Source of the DNA: Podarcis melisellensis
Taxonomy: Eukaryota
DNA length: 64,000 nucleotides
Strand: one strand, 5' to 3'
Assembly (NCBI GenBank): GCA_964234715.1
Contig: OZ174275.1
The notes below the pieces were generated by a model, which saw nothing but the letters and a program-made list of their open reading frames with translations, was not told the DNA's origin and ran no database searches. Position numbers and translations under genes: made by a program. How positions within the stretch are numbered: the stretch's first letter is position 1; each line of letters starts with the position of its first letter. Positions 13,869 through 27,043 of this stretch are shown here, piece by piece.

Positions 13869-16800
13869 GTGAGTGTTGTATGTGTCACCGTGTGTCACTT
13901 TGGATCATTGTTATTGTTTACTTTTAAGTGTATATTTTGCATATAAATTGGGGGTTTCAAAACTTTCTGCAGTGGGCCTACCTAAAGAGAAAAAAGAGGT
14001 TTTCAGCTTCACCCAGATTAACAAAGACAAAACGAATATGGTTTGGATGCATAAGTATTCAGCATGAGCAGTCCTTTGCAGCAGCACATTCCACTCCATC
14101 CATGAGAGTCTCCTGCACCTCATGATCACTTTTTGGGAGGGCTGCAGTGGGGAGAACAGAAGGGAAAGCCTGTTCTGTAAGCACCATTCAGAGGACCTAA
14201 GCTTATGGGCCCACTTGGAATGCTAACCCTTGTTTCTAGGGCCATGAACAACAGGGCTGCAAGGCAAAGACCGTGTGGGAAATGCAATAGGCATGAGCAA
14301 TAGGAGTTGTTTCATTGCTCCCCAAGCAGTGCTGCATGCAAACGCTCCTTTCTACTTAATCATAGGATATACTTCCTTGGTGTTCTCTGTATTTCTTTGC
14401 TGTGTTTCCTAATGGGAAAGCTTGATTGGCTCCAGTTATCGGTCCTAGGTTGCAGTTTTGAAAAATTTATGATTCAGAAAAAGTGCGTAAGCCAGGGGTA
14501 GCCAATATGTTCATCCAGATGTTGATGAACCACAGTGCCTGTCATCTCTTCCCATTGGCTGTGCTTACTGTGACTGATGGGACTTGTAGTCCACAAGTTG
14601 TGGAAAGCACCATGTTGATTACCCCGACTTAAAAAGTCAAAGTGATACTTGCCATGGTCTGGGAAGGCTTATTTTAAAGTAAGGAACAGTGTTAACTGAG
14701 AGGGGAAATGAAGTAAATATTTGCAGTCTACAGCATGCTTATGCCTCATGAACCAAATCATAGATGGGGAAGTGGCATGCTATTCCTCTTCCTGTTCTAC
14801 AGACAAATGTTCCACTTCCATTTTACCAGTTTCCTTCTTCCTAGTTTAGTCACTGATCCCCACATCCCCTTTTACTGGGAGAGAAAATAGACACTGAGAA
14901 CAGACAACGCAAGTGAACTATATGTTCCAGTATGAAATTAAAAGGCCACAATTCTAGCTAACAAGTTAAGTTTGGCAACTGAACCCATCTGTGCCCTGTT
15001 ACCACTGCTGAAATTTCTATGAAGGCACCAAGGTTTAGCACTTTGAAAAGGTGTTCTCTGGTGTGAGAAGACCAACTTTGGATCATTTAGGCAATGCAAT
15101 ACTTTTAAAATTCTAGACGTTACTAATAAGGAAAGGCTGGTGTTTGGCAGCAAAAGCCACTCCTCTTTCTCACTGGGAAGGAGCATGTGTGTGCAAGGGA
15201 GCAAGGCACGTTTGTCCTAGGATTCTCTCTAATCTCCTGCGCTGACCATCAGTGAGCAAGGGTCCTTTCATCAGTCTTCCAAAGTAAGAAGAGAGACTCC
15301 CTCATTGGGACAGTAGTATGTGAACCAGCCCTCGTATAAATTAAGAATACAAGATTAGTTGCATCACCTAGTCCAGCATCCTACTTTCCACATTGGCCAC
15401 CCAGATGCTTCTGAAAAGTCCACTGACACAGAATACAAGCAGTCCTTCCTGACTTCATGTCCTCTTCCAGCTGGCATTCAGAGGTATATTGCCCCTGAAC
15501 CTGGAGATTCTATTCCCCTGTGAGCTATGTTTGACAGGTGGGCGGGGCTTTCCACCTGTCAATCACAATGGCATCAGGTGCCTGTGTGGATGGTCAGTTG
15601 ATTGTCACTTGCCAAGTGTTGTGTGTAGTGCACAGGCCCTGACCATCTGATTGTCGGGGCTTCCAAAGTGCTGTGCAAATCCCCTTTGGCTCAGCTTTGT
15701 CTTTTCCTCCCTGCATCATCAGTTGTAGGGGCAGGAGGGCATGGCTTGGTCAAACAAACTAGGGCCAAATGGGGAGACCTGGTGGTCCCAAATAGGTGGA
15801 GATGGCAGGGCTGGCTTGCTGTCAGATTTATCCCTAAGTGCTTCCCCCGAAAGAGGTGGCTTCTCACCGGCAGGGAAAAAACATCTGAGCCACCTCAGCT
15901 GGCAGTGACATTGAGCTTGGGATATCCCATGACACTTAGGTGTGCTATTCTCTTGACCACACACTCAGCCTTCCCCTGGATCTAAGACTCCTCTTGGGAT
16001 TCCTGATCACCACCCCCAACTCATTAGGACCTTTCCCCCGGGTTGAACTCCTCCAACACCCCCCTCTCCACAAGACTCATGATAGACTGTTGTCCTAACT
16101 CAAGTACCCTTTTCATGCATGGTCATATGATATAGCGTGCCTTTATAAACCATGACAGCTGCTTGCACAAGGGAAGTAAGAGATAAAAAAAAACCCCACT
16201 GTAGAATATTTTTAACTTTTTTGGGCAGCTAACAGACTGATCATCTGCAATGAGGAGAAAGTGGCGACGTCTAGTTGACTCACCAGCCACAGGGCTCTTT
16301 TTGTTATGAATAAAGCCCACAAGTTCAGACAGTGAGGACTAGTGGTTAGTTTCAGTGAAGAGGCTGGAGGGGAACGTCGGAAGTGGTCTTGCAGTAAGTC
16401 AGCTGATCCATCAGGCTCTGGTTTGACTGCACTGGCTGGCAGAAGCTCCCTGCAGAGATCTTGCAAGCTCAGCTTGTGGATGCCAGGGATTTTGAACGAT
16501 CGCATTTCCTCCAAGATTGGGCTTGAAAGGAAGGAGATAAGCAATGGTAGGGCCCAGGCACAGCACTGGAGGCTCATCCATTAGAGTGAATGGGACCCCT
16601 CCCCAACAGACTCAGATCACACTCTGCCAACCTCCTCCTGCCTCCTCTTACTTACAACCAGTCCAGGACACTGGCTGCCAGCTTTTTCCTCCTTTGTCTG
16701 AACTCCTTTATGAAACTCAGAGGAGGATGGAAACAAACATAGAGTTAGTTGGCTTCATCTGCCTTTGTCTCTGGCTCCACCTGGTGTTGGTCAGTCTGTC

Positions 16801-17009
16801 TCCCACCCTACCAATCCCAGCGGGCATCTGGTACCACTGTGTGGCAGAGACTCCAGAGAAACAAATCAAAGAACATCCCATTCTGATAGGCACTGATGGT
16901 AAAAGATTCAGCACAATAGAAAGCAATACATAGACAGGCAGGGATCATTGGTTTTGAGAGAGAGTGTTCACTATGAGATGCAGTGCAGTTGCTCTGGGAA
17001 GAAGCTCTT

Positions 17010-17139
17010 CAGGCTTCCTCAACCTCAGCCCTCCAGATGTTTTGAGACTACAATTCCCACCATCCCTGACTACTGGTGCTGCTAGCTAGGTATCATGGGA
17101 GTTGTAGGCCATCTGGAGGGCCGAGGTTGAGGAAGCTTG
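17010..17139. mobile_element. Palindromic hAT MITE
   Basis: caggcttcctcaacct...aggttgaggaagcttg; same family as the 24639 and 35378 copies. Confidence 0.8.
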
Positions 17140-18236
17140 CTCTTCACCATCCTCCCCTTTTCAGGAGTTGTTGAAAGGCTGGGGACAATGAGATCTGACC
17201 AGTTAAATTAGTCTCAGCTGAACCTCGACTGTAGGTGCTTCAAGCAGAACTGGTTACTAAACCTTTCTCTGTCTTAGGGCAGTATAAACCGTCTACCTTT
17301 TGCAAAATACCATGAATCATTTTAAGAAGCATTTCTCCTTAGAGTGCACTTTTGAGATCTGCTTTTGCGCTACATCTGGGAGTCAAGACTTTTGTTCATT
17401 GTGAATAAAGTTTTGGGTCATTTACATTAAGCCCCCACCTTCCCCCAATGACATAAAATGAAATAATTATGCAGAAGGAGCCACTTGAGAATTAATGGCA
17501 CATGGGCAAAAAGATCAGCTATGTCTGTTGCCATCTGGTGTTTAACAAGATCTGCATGTCGCTGGAAACCACCTGTGGGACATGTGTTTCAAGAGCTTTG
17601 GGAGAGGAACTAAGTTGAGGAAGAAAAGAACCAGTCTCTGGTGACCTTCCATGACTGGTTTCTGAGCCCGTCTGTACTGGGGGAACCATTTCTGTTCCTT
17701 GTATTTGCTGGTTGCTTATTAGCAGAACAGAAGCTGTATTTGTCGTAACAGTGTAAAAAAGAGTCAAACAAGGCTCCACAGCACTTCTTGAAACTTGAGC
17801 AACTGAGACCTGACGTAAACAGAATGATCACTCTAAGCTGCTGACCTTTAACTTGACATGACACCTGGGCAGAAGAATGCCCCCCCCCCAAAGTTTTCTG
17901 GAATAAAGAAAAATTGAAAAGGCATTCCTAGACACTGTTAGTGTGTGAAGTGCCATTTTAAAATGATACAGATAATTTGCTTCAGTAAACTATAGCTCAT
18001 GATCCTTAAATATGTGCCTCACTCATGTGGAAATGTGTGTCAGAACATCCATTTATTCAGTCCAAATAAATTGTTCTTGCAATGCTGGTTTGTATCAATC
18101 AGATTTTGGATTTGTAGCTGGAATGAAGGGAGAGAAGTAGAGATATTAATGATGGAAACTTTAAAACTTGGTCATACCTTTGTGAATTAGTGTCTGAAAC
18201 CATTCCACCACATTTGGATCAGATAGTGTTTATATT

Positions 18237-18648
18237 NNNNNNNNNNNNNNNNNNNNNNNNNNNNNNNNNNNNNNNNNNNNNNNNNNNNNNNNNNNNNNNN
18301 NNNNNNNNNNNNNNNNNNNNNNNNNNNNNNNNNNNNNNNNNNNNNNNNNNNNNNNNNNNNNNNNNNNNNNNNNNNNNNNNNNNNNNNNNNNNNNNNNNNN
18401 NNNNNNNNNNNNNNNNNNNNNNNNNNNNNNNNNNNNNNNNNNNNNNNNNNNNNNNNNNNNNNNNNNNNNNNNNNNNNNNNNNNNNNNNNNNNNNNNNNNN
18501 NNNNNNNNNNNNNNNNNNNNNNNNNNNNNNNNNNNNNNNNNNNNNNNNNNNNNNNNNNNNNNNNNNNNNNNNNNNNNNNNNNNNNNNNNNNNNNNNNNNN
18601 NNNNNNNNNNNNNNNNNNNNNNNNNNNNNNNNNNNNNNNNNNNNNNNN
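18237..18648. other. Assembly gap
   Basis: Run of N. Confidence 1.
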
Positions 18649-19221
18649 AAGCAGGGAAAATGACTTCTAATGGGTGACTTATTTTCAGTCTTCTGCTTTT
18701 TGCTTGTGTTAACGCTACTCTCACTATCCCTGTCCCAGTTCACTGAATGTGTTTAGGCCAGATCTCTTGAAGTGTTCAAAGTGCTGCGTTCTGCATACTG
18801 TACCATATTTGTCTGATTACAGTTCCCATTCTGAAATCCACACCATTCTAGGCACGACATACGCAATAATTGGTGAGAGGAATTGCCATTAAAGAAGAGC
18901 TTAAGTTTGCAGTATACTCTTTTTCCTGTTGGGAGTGAGCCCAATGCATTCAGTCAGCGGGATTTACTTCTGAGTAGACATGTTGTAGGACATCTCCCCT
19001 TCTTCAAGACACATGCTTCTTACTCAGAAAACTTTATTTCTATTTTGTCAAGTATAATTCGTTCCCCACCTCCCACAAATTGTCAGGCATAATCTTGAGG
19101 TGGTCTTAAAATATCCGGGTGGTATACAAGGCAGCAAACATTGCTGCACATGATTTGTCCCTGTGCAAAATGAAGGGTTAGCACTACCAGTTTCCATTTT
19201 TTGATGGTTCTTGTTTTACAG

Positions 19222-19332
19222 GTGGCGTGTATGCAGTTCATCAACATAGTGGTTCACTCAGTAGAGGACATGAATTTCAGAGTTCACCTCCAGTATGAAT
19301 TTACTAAGCTAGGCCTGGATGAATACCTAGAT
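19222..19332 (+). CDS. FMNL2: FMNL2 coding exon (FH3)
   Basis: ttacag|GTG...GAT|gtgagt; [37 protein letters not shown]. Confidence 0.96.
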
Positions 19333-19971
19333 GTGAGTACCGCCTGCTTTGGCTTGTTCTGTACTTGGATATGATTATGCTGAGAATTCATTGTTGCTTT
19401 CTGTGTTAAAAAGAGCCATAGGGAGTTCTTTGCTTTTACTTTACTTTTTTTAAAACAACAACAACAATTGCCAGACATTAGCTATACTAAAATAAAAAGC
19501 TTCTCACGAAGACAATCCAATGAATAATCAACCACCATCAATACACCCTGATCCACTGCTTGAGGTCTTTATGCAAGGGGAAAAATGAATGTTTCTCAGT
19601 TTTACCCACCTACCCTCCTCCCTTAGGGGTCACCCCTGCTTGTTCTGAGTTATATCTTATATTTTCCCATGTCTTATACTTTTCCAGTATCTTATACTTT
19701 CCCCACAAAGGGAGTGCAGCTCTCAGTCCCCAAAAGGTAGCCCACCCCATTTGACCAATGTTTCCCATGCCATTCTTTCCTTAGAAATGTCCATTCTGCG
19801 TTTAGTGCTCAATGAGCTAAATGCATGCTCCAGCTGCAAACGTCAGTGTCACAGGCTCCTTATATCAATTTGTTCCTTGATGAGCCGTGCCAAAGGACCA
19901 AATTCTCTCACAAGTTTCTGTCGACCAGTGCCTTGTGCTGCTGTTTTTTTTGCTTGTTGAACTTTTGAGGC

Positions 19972-20309
19972 TGCAACCGGCCCCAGGTAAAAGCCAGCCA
20001 CAAACCTGGAAGAAGTCAGAAGGGAGAATCACCTCTTAACGCTGCATTTTATGCACAGTGACCACCCGCTTCCAATGCCAAGAAAAGGTGAATGAAGCCA
20101 TATACTGTGCACACTTCTGGTGCAGTGACTTTTGCTCCAATGCAACCGGCCCCAGGTAAAAGCCAGCCACAAACCTGGAAGAAGTCAGAAGGGAGAATCA
20201 CCTCTTAACGCTGCATTTTATGCACAGTGACCACCCGCTTCCAATGCCAAGAAAAGGTGAATGAAGCCATATACTGTGCACACTTCTGGTGCAGTGACTT
20301 TTGCTCCAA
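19972..20309. repeat. Perfect tandem duplication, 2 x 169 bp
   Basis: 19972-20140 is identical to 20141-20309 by eye. Confidence 0.95.
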
Positions 20310-21148
20310 TGGAATGCTTCTGCTACAGTGTACCTCCACTGCGCTGACCTAAATGCTGAGACAACTGGATCCATTTCAGGAGTCCCAGCAGCTCAACGCT
20401 CTCTCTGTTCCCCTGACTCCTCCTGCTCCCCACTTTCTCCTGCTCATTCTTTTGAGAAGCAGAGCGACATACACCGCTCAGACCAAAACTGTGCTGACTT
20501 TTGAGGATTCTATTCCTTCTGCATCCCTGTGGTTCAGTTGCGGAAATCATACAGTGGTTGCCTTCTTGGCAGCCGTGAGTTAACCACAACTGTGGAGATA
20601 GAAGAAGCAAAGGATGACATGGGACTGTTGTCAAGAGGAAGAAGAAACTTCAGTTGCACACTTGAAATCCCCCACTACAGTATCACTATAATATTCCTAA
20701 TTTCTGCTTTGTTATGTCGTCGTTACCCATTCCTCTCTCTGCACCTGCATCGCTTGTCTTCCTTGAGTTTTGCACACATTTTTAGCGCTCAACATAGGAA
20801 GCTGTCTTATATGACCAAGTCAGTTATTTGGTCCATCTAGGTCTGTATTGTTTGCATTAACTGTCAATGACTCACCAGTCGCTCTGCTGGCCTGGAATTT
20901 CAGATGGAGGTGTGTGTGTCTTTCTCTGCCTTCCATTGAGAAGTGTATCAAGACCCAGTTTTTCATCTAGCTCAGTATTGTCTGCACAGATTAGCACTGG
21001 CACTTCGGGGTTTCAGACACCAGGGATTGAACCTGGGACCTTGTGCATACAAAGCATGCACTTCATTACAGAGTTAGGACCCACCCCCTAGAATCCATAG
21101 ACTTTATAATGGGACACCTGAATTGTTTAGAAGGACAATTGGTTTTCT

Positions 21149-21287
21149 CAGTGCTATTTTTCTAGAAAAAGAGGTAACGGAACTCTCCATGAACACCTCC
21201 CTTGTTCTCTCATAATGGCAATGGCACCCATCTGAGAGGCGTTGGAACTCAGTTCCAGTGAGTTCTGGCTGGGGAAAAAAAGCCCTG
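21149..21287. mobile_element. hAT MITE, different family
   Basis: TIR CAGTGCTATTTTTC / GAAAAAAAGCCCTG; 8-bp TSD GGTTTTCT/GGTTGTCT. Confidence 0.75.
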
Positions 21288-23072
21288 GGTTGTCTTAATC
21301 TACTCATTGCAGCCAATCTCCCTAAGGCAGGTTGAACTGTGATCTACAAAAACGTGGTTTGTTCTTCCAGTGATGTTCACCACGTGCAGCACGCAATTCT
21401 GACCCGGGGGTGAGGAGTGTTCAGTCATGTGGCTTAGAGCTGGAGCTTAGAGTCCCAAAATGACTAGCCAGTTCCTTTCCATCTCAGAAATGGGGATGTC
21501 CATAATTGGGTTTGAAAAGCCAATATGAGAGCGGCAGCTGATATGTAATGCTGTGTTGGTTAAATTGCTTCCTATAGAATGAATTCTAGGCTTGATGTAT
21601 TGTAGTCACATTGTCTGAACGTTTGCACCGATGCTGTGATATAAATTATAAAATAATACTGGCCTCTTAATATAAATCAATGGGCTTTGGTTAGGCTTAT
21701 ACAGCAAAATTAACATCTTTTTATTACTTTTTTTCCTCTCGTACCTGCTATGAATTTGTGGGTACCAATTACAGTTAAGTTCTTGTGTCCTATTTCTCCA
21801 TCTTGAAGTGTTTTTCATTCCTCTCTTCCCATGGTGCTCTATTATTAGGAACTTTTAACATGGAGACAGATTTTTTTGTTGTTGCTTAGAATTCAGCTGT
21901 TCTTGCTGCTTTTTGGCTTTGTTCCATCGTATAACATAGTCAAGAGCTTCTTTCATGTATTCTGACAACAATACTTTATGTTCCATATAATATGCTTCTC
22001 CTGGTGGTACAGTGCAGCATGGGGACTGTTTTTCGCATTTAAACACTCACTTACGCACCATCCCAAGCTAACCCTTTTGAGTTATTTTCATTCAACCTTA
22101 GGCTAACAACCCCTCCCCGCTGGTAAGTTCAGTTCAAGAAAAACACTTTTGCTGGTATGGAAATGCCATAACAGCAGTGCTCTTAAAATTCCTTACACAG
22201 AGCCCCCTTTTAAGTCAGGGTGAATAATGTGATGGGTATTTTTAAAAGTAACTCAAACAAATTGCTTTTTTGAGGGAGGGAGGAGGGTTGATGGTGATTT
22301 GGAATAGATCACATTGCCAATATTATGCATTTTAAGTCCACAACTGAGCAAGATGTGCATGATTAACCTTGTTATCCAGCAGAATCAATGGGAATTGGAG
22401 GAGGGAGAAGGAACACACCATGACAAGCTTCCATTCATGGTTTATAACTTACCCTGGCACGACAACAGCAGGAATGGTGGAGGTGTGAAGTAGGGACTTT
22501 GGAGCACTGTGCACCCATTTTTTATTAACTTATTATTATAAAATTTTATTTATACCCCGCCCTCCCCAGCCAAGACTGGGATCAGGGCTACTAACACGGG
22601 TATAGAAACAATTGATTGAAATACAACTTAAAAGCAAGATTAAAATATACATTAAAATGCAGCCTCATTTCAGTAGGAACTCAAATCAAAAACTTTTTTG
22701 GGGATGAAAACGTCAAGTCTTCACCAAGGCCAACTATCCAGACTGGTCCTACGTGGGCCAGAAAAAAGCCAGGGAAGTCCCCAAATAGGAGTTCCATCAC
22801 AGAAGGAGAAAAGAAAAAGGAAGAGGGGGAGGGGATCAATTTGATTCCAAGCCAAAGGCCAGGTGGAACAACTCTGTCTTACATTTGCTGCTCTTTCACG
22901 TTAAACCATTGTTTACTTTCAACTTACCTGAACCCAGAGGCCTGCATACATATTGCTTTTATTAGTAACAATGAAATCAACCATTTTAGCAACATGTGAC
23001 GGTGGTGGAAAACCTGACTTATTTAGCGGTGCTAAACAATGCTGTGCCCCCTGCCCTATTTTGATCTTCCAG

Positions 23073-23222
23073 AAACTGAAACACACAGAAAGCGATAAGC
23101 TGCAGGTGCAGATTCAAGCTTACCTGGACAACGTGTTTGATGTGGGAGCTTTACTTGAAGATGCGGAAACCAAGAACGCTGCCTTGGAAAGAGTAGAAGA
23201 ACTGGAAGAAAATATATCTCAT
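23073..23222 (+). CDS. FMNL2: FMNL2 coding exon (FH3/coiled coil)
   Basis: ttccag|AAA...CAT|gttagt; [50 protein letters not shown]. Confidence 0.96.
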
Positions 23223-23890
23223 GTTAGTATTGGCGCTTTAAAATGTAGACGTTGGGGGGTCTTTCTGGAGGCTTGTTTTTTATTTGGTCATTCGATTATT
23301 TATCTGGGCCTCAAAATGTGATTACAAACGCACTTTATTTCATTTATATCCATTACTACCAGTAAAGCTTTTGGTCTTCTATTATTTTTATTGCTACCTT
23401 GAGAAGAAAACGCACACACTCTTAAAATATAGAGGAAAGGCTAGTCTACCTGGATAATTGGTTTCCGTGTGATTTAATATTTTTAGTTCAGTCTGCAGTG
23501 CTATGCCTGCTTTTATCTTGGCAATGTCACGGACAGCAGGCCTGCAAGACTTCATTAAACAGACACTCTAATATTACTAGGAACTAAAGGAGGCAAATTC
23601 CTGTTAAAGCACAAGAGGTTTGAGCAATTTCTGTCTGGAAGTTCATTTAGAGCTGGACTGAAAAAATGTCCTTGCGATTTTAGTCTTGAACTTCATTTTT
23701 TGTCTCTGTTCCAAACTGACACAAATGTGGGAAAAAATATTTACCTGCTGTATAAATGATGTTCAGTTTGTGGATTTCCCAGAAGTGCCCGAGTGATTAC
23801 CGTTAGGGGCAGGATACAGAGATAATGGACCCTTTGCCTGATCTAGCAGGCCTGCTCTTTTTACTGCCTAGTAAATAGGCAGTAAACAGG

Positions 23891-24241
23891 GGACGCGGGT
23901 GGCACTGTGGGTTAAACCACAGAGCCTAGGACTTGTTGATCAGAAGGTTGGCAGTTCGAATCCCTGCGACGGGGTGAGCTCCCGTTGCTCGGTCCCTGCT
24001 CCTGCCCACCTAGAAGTTCGAAAGCACGTCAAAGTGCAAGTAGATAAATAGGTACCACTCTGGCGGGAAGGTAAACGGTGTTTCCGTGCGCTGCTCTGGT
24101 TCACCAGAAGCGGCTTAGTCATGCTGGCCACATGACCCGGAAGCTATACGCCGGCTCCCTCAGCCAATAAAGCGAGATGAGCGCCGCAACCCCAGAGTCG
24201 GTCACGACTGGACCTAATGGTCAGGGGTCCCTTTACCTTTT
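23891..24241 (+). mobile_element. Full-length Sauria SINE, second subfamily
   Basis: Same head and ACCTTT tail as the 800-1164 copy, different 3' third; TSD TAAACAGG at 23883-23890 and 24242-24249. Confidence 0.9.
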
Positions 24242-24638
24242 TAAACAGGTTTGCTGCAGAGGTTTACTAAGATTTTTTTGTGAACCAAACATTATCTGAT
24301 TACTCTCTTAAGTGTTTGTCATCTCCCTCTCTGGGTTAATAAATATTTATAATTAAAACAATTAGAAAACACTCATTTTAAAGAAAAACCAGGGGCTGCA
24401 CCCAGACATAGCCATCCACAATTGAAAGTGCTCCTTCCGTTTGTGAAAGACACTTGATCCCAATGGCAGAAGGGGAAAGGAAGCCATTTTGCACCAATCC
24501 TTCCTTGAAGCTTCTAAACCCCCCCCCCTCCCAGTCTGGAGGACACTTCAGCCTCCTAGAAGAGATTTTCAGAGGGTCTGGAGTCGGGGTCTGGAGCTGG
24601 TAGGAACAAATCTGGAACCAAATCTCATAGGGTTACAG

Positions 24639-24768
24639 CAGGCTTCCTCGGCCCTCCAGATGTTTTGAGACTACAATTCCCATCATCCCTGACCGCTGGT
24701 CCTGCTAGCTAGGGATCATGGGAGTTGTAGGCCAAAAACATCTGGAGGGCCAAGGTTGAGGAAGCCTG
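24639..24768. mobile_element. Palindromic hAT MITE
   Basis: CAGGCTTCCTC...GAGGAAGCCTG with 8-bp TSD GGTTACAG/GGTTATAG. Confidence 0.85.
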
Positions 24769-25532
24769 GGTTATAGCCTAAGTAGAAGTGGTTACATACT
24801 CCCAACTAGAGTTTTAAAACTTACACAAGCAATTTTGTTAAAAAATGTTTTTCCTATTAGGTCCAACTTCAATATTATTAAACTGCATTTGTGTCCATGT
24901 GTGTGTGATATAGAGCCAATGGTGTTATATCCATATGAATGAAAACTCCCTATATTAATATTGCATGCGTGTGGTCCTTGTTGTTCTCTGATCATGTTAT
25001 TGACTCAAAACAGCTCTGGAGTATTTAATTTCAGCTGAATTACAATTCCAGATGGAAGCACTTGGGAGAGCAGCTTGACCGAGAACTCTTGTTATAGGTT
25101 GGGGTGTGTGTGCTAATTTACATATAAATTGCAAATTCCATGGACACATAGGGGAAAAAACACACAAATAAGCATATCTGTGTTTCATACCATAAAAGTG
25201 CATGCATAAATCTCTGTAGCTTCCAAGATATACAGTACTGTAAGTGTTTGCAAAGCATAGCTTACAGATTTAAAAATGTATTAGCCGCAGGGATCATGCT
25301 GGAATGGGATGGTGGAGGAGATGTCCCTATTTAGAGTTACTAGTTATAAAGGCAAAAAAGGCTGTGTTATGGGTGATCAAATCTGAAGTACTTGAACATG
25401 GCATCACTTGTGCTTGTCCCGTGCCAAAAAAGTATGTCTCTGAACGGTTTCCTGCTTGTCCCATGCTTTTAGGCGTGGATCCAAGCAGTTTTGTCTTTGC
25501 CATGCTGCTTTCCCCTGGAAAACCTACTCTTT

Positions 25533-25872
25533 GCGTGCCCAGACAGAGACCCCCAAGACACCACCAGAAGAAATAATGACTCATGACAACGTGTTGTGGA
25601 ATTAAAATTGGCCACAACTTTATTAAACCTTTCAGATGCAGGAAGACCTTGGCTTAGGCATTGGACGTCTATCCCCCCCAGCCCCCCAGCTGGGGAACTG
25701 GCACTCCTCAGGGTTAAATGGATCTGGGGAGGGTGCACTGCAAGACGCTTGTGAACACAGGCAGCCCCCCTCTCCATTTCCACGCAATGCAGGGGAGTTC
25801 ACTGACAACCTTTTAGTGTATGGCCAGTGACTCAACTCAAAACCCCTTTAACGGGGAACCCTGGAATCGCTG

Positions 25873-25914
<42 letters not shown>

Positions 25915-26445
25915 TGTGACCACTTCATGCCCTCCCTCCCCCATTTAGGGAAGATAGACTAAAAGATTCTGCCTAAGGCCTAAAATCGCCACCTGAGACC
26001 ACAAACTTGCAGTCTCACCACCAAGACTATGTACACCTGAAAACACATTAGCAATCCGACAACCATTCTTTTAGGCCATGCCTAATGTCATCCAGCCAGT
26101 GTTCATTTCCCGAGGTGGTGAGGTGTACTCTGTCGGGTCTGAAAAGTTCCAATCTGTTGGTTTTAATGTCCAAATGCTTCACAACTCTGCCTCCGATATG
26201 CAAGATTGCCAAGCGGATGGCCCTGTTAATTTTTTCCACCGTGTAATACAACTCAAGCGAACCAGAGGGAAGCCTGTCCATACATGGTCCGCTCGGCTTG
26301 CCCCACCCCCACAAGCCACCGATTGGACAGTTTAAACCAGGGTTTGGCGGGAACTCCAACCAGCCCAACCAGCTGGTGAGTCCCACGTGGCCTGGGGGTG
26401 CTGCACGCCGCAAAGGGCGCCCACAGAAGGAGGTGTGAGCATTCA
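25533..26445 (-). mobile_element. Non-autonomous DIRS/Ngaro-like retroelement carrying an SGNH-hydrolase C-terminal remnant
   Basis: Minus ORF ends ...LFRPDRVHLTTSGNEHWLDDIRHGL (DxxH SGNH block V); the insertion splits a host repeat whose intact copy is at 33121-33180; AATAAA near the 3' end. Confidence 0.6.
25874..25912. repeat. (TG)n microsatellite inside the retroelement remnant
   Basis: Direct inspection. Confidence 0.9.
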
Positions 26446-26941
26446 TTAGTGCTAAATCAGAACAAACTGCCGTCAATTCTAGTGTTTGCATTTAGCCTCC
26501 CATCACTATATATCTCAAGATTTCATTAGTTTCATAAAATGTAACTATGATGTTCACAGCCTCAAGAAAAATAAATGGAAGCTGGTTCTTTGAATAAACC
26601 ATTACTACCCAAATGAAACTTTGACATCACTCACTCACTCACTCACTCACTCACTCACTCACATACACAGTTACGTGGGCAACTCCCACAGCTTTTGACC
26701 ATGTAAATTCAACACCAAACCTATTGATCCATCACAAATAGACCCTATGATTGTAAAGATTATGTATGGTTCCTATAGCCCTGGCAAGGGGTCTGTTCTT
26801 AGACATTTTACAGCATGAATAACTGAATGATACAATGTTTATTATATACATAAGGCATGGCTCTGGCATGCAGTCGCCACTGTGAATGAATAAGCCTTTT
26901 TGCCAATTAACACTCCCCTCCCCCACCCCTTTTGTGTCTAG

Positions 26942-27043
26942 TTATCAGAAAAACTGCAAGATACAGAAAATGAAGCTATGGCAAAGATTGTGGAACTGGA
27001 AAAACAACTCATGCAGAGGAACAAAGAACTGGATGTCGTTCGA
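26942..27043 (+). CDS. FMNL2: FMNL2 coding exon (coiled coil)
   Basis: gtctag|TTA...CGA|gtaagt; [34 protein letters not shown]. Confidence 0.96.

Noticed and set aside
18190-18743. Long ORFs here and at about 41061-41373 and 47091-47507
   Set aside because: They are artefacts of translating through N-gaps.
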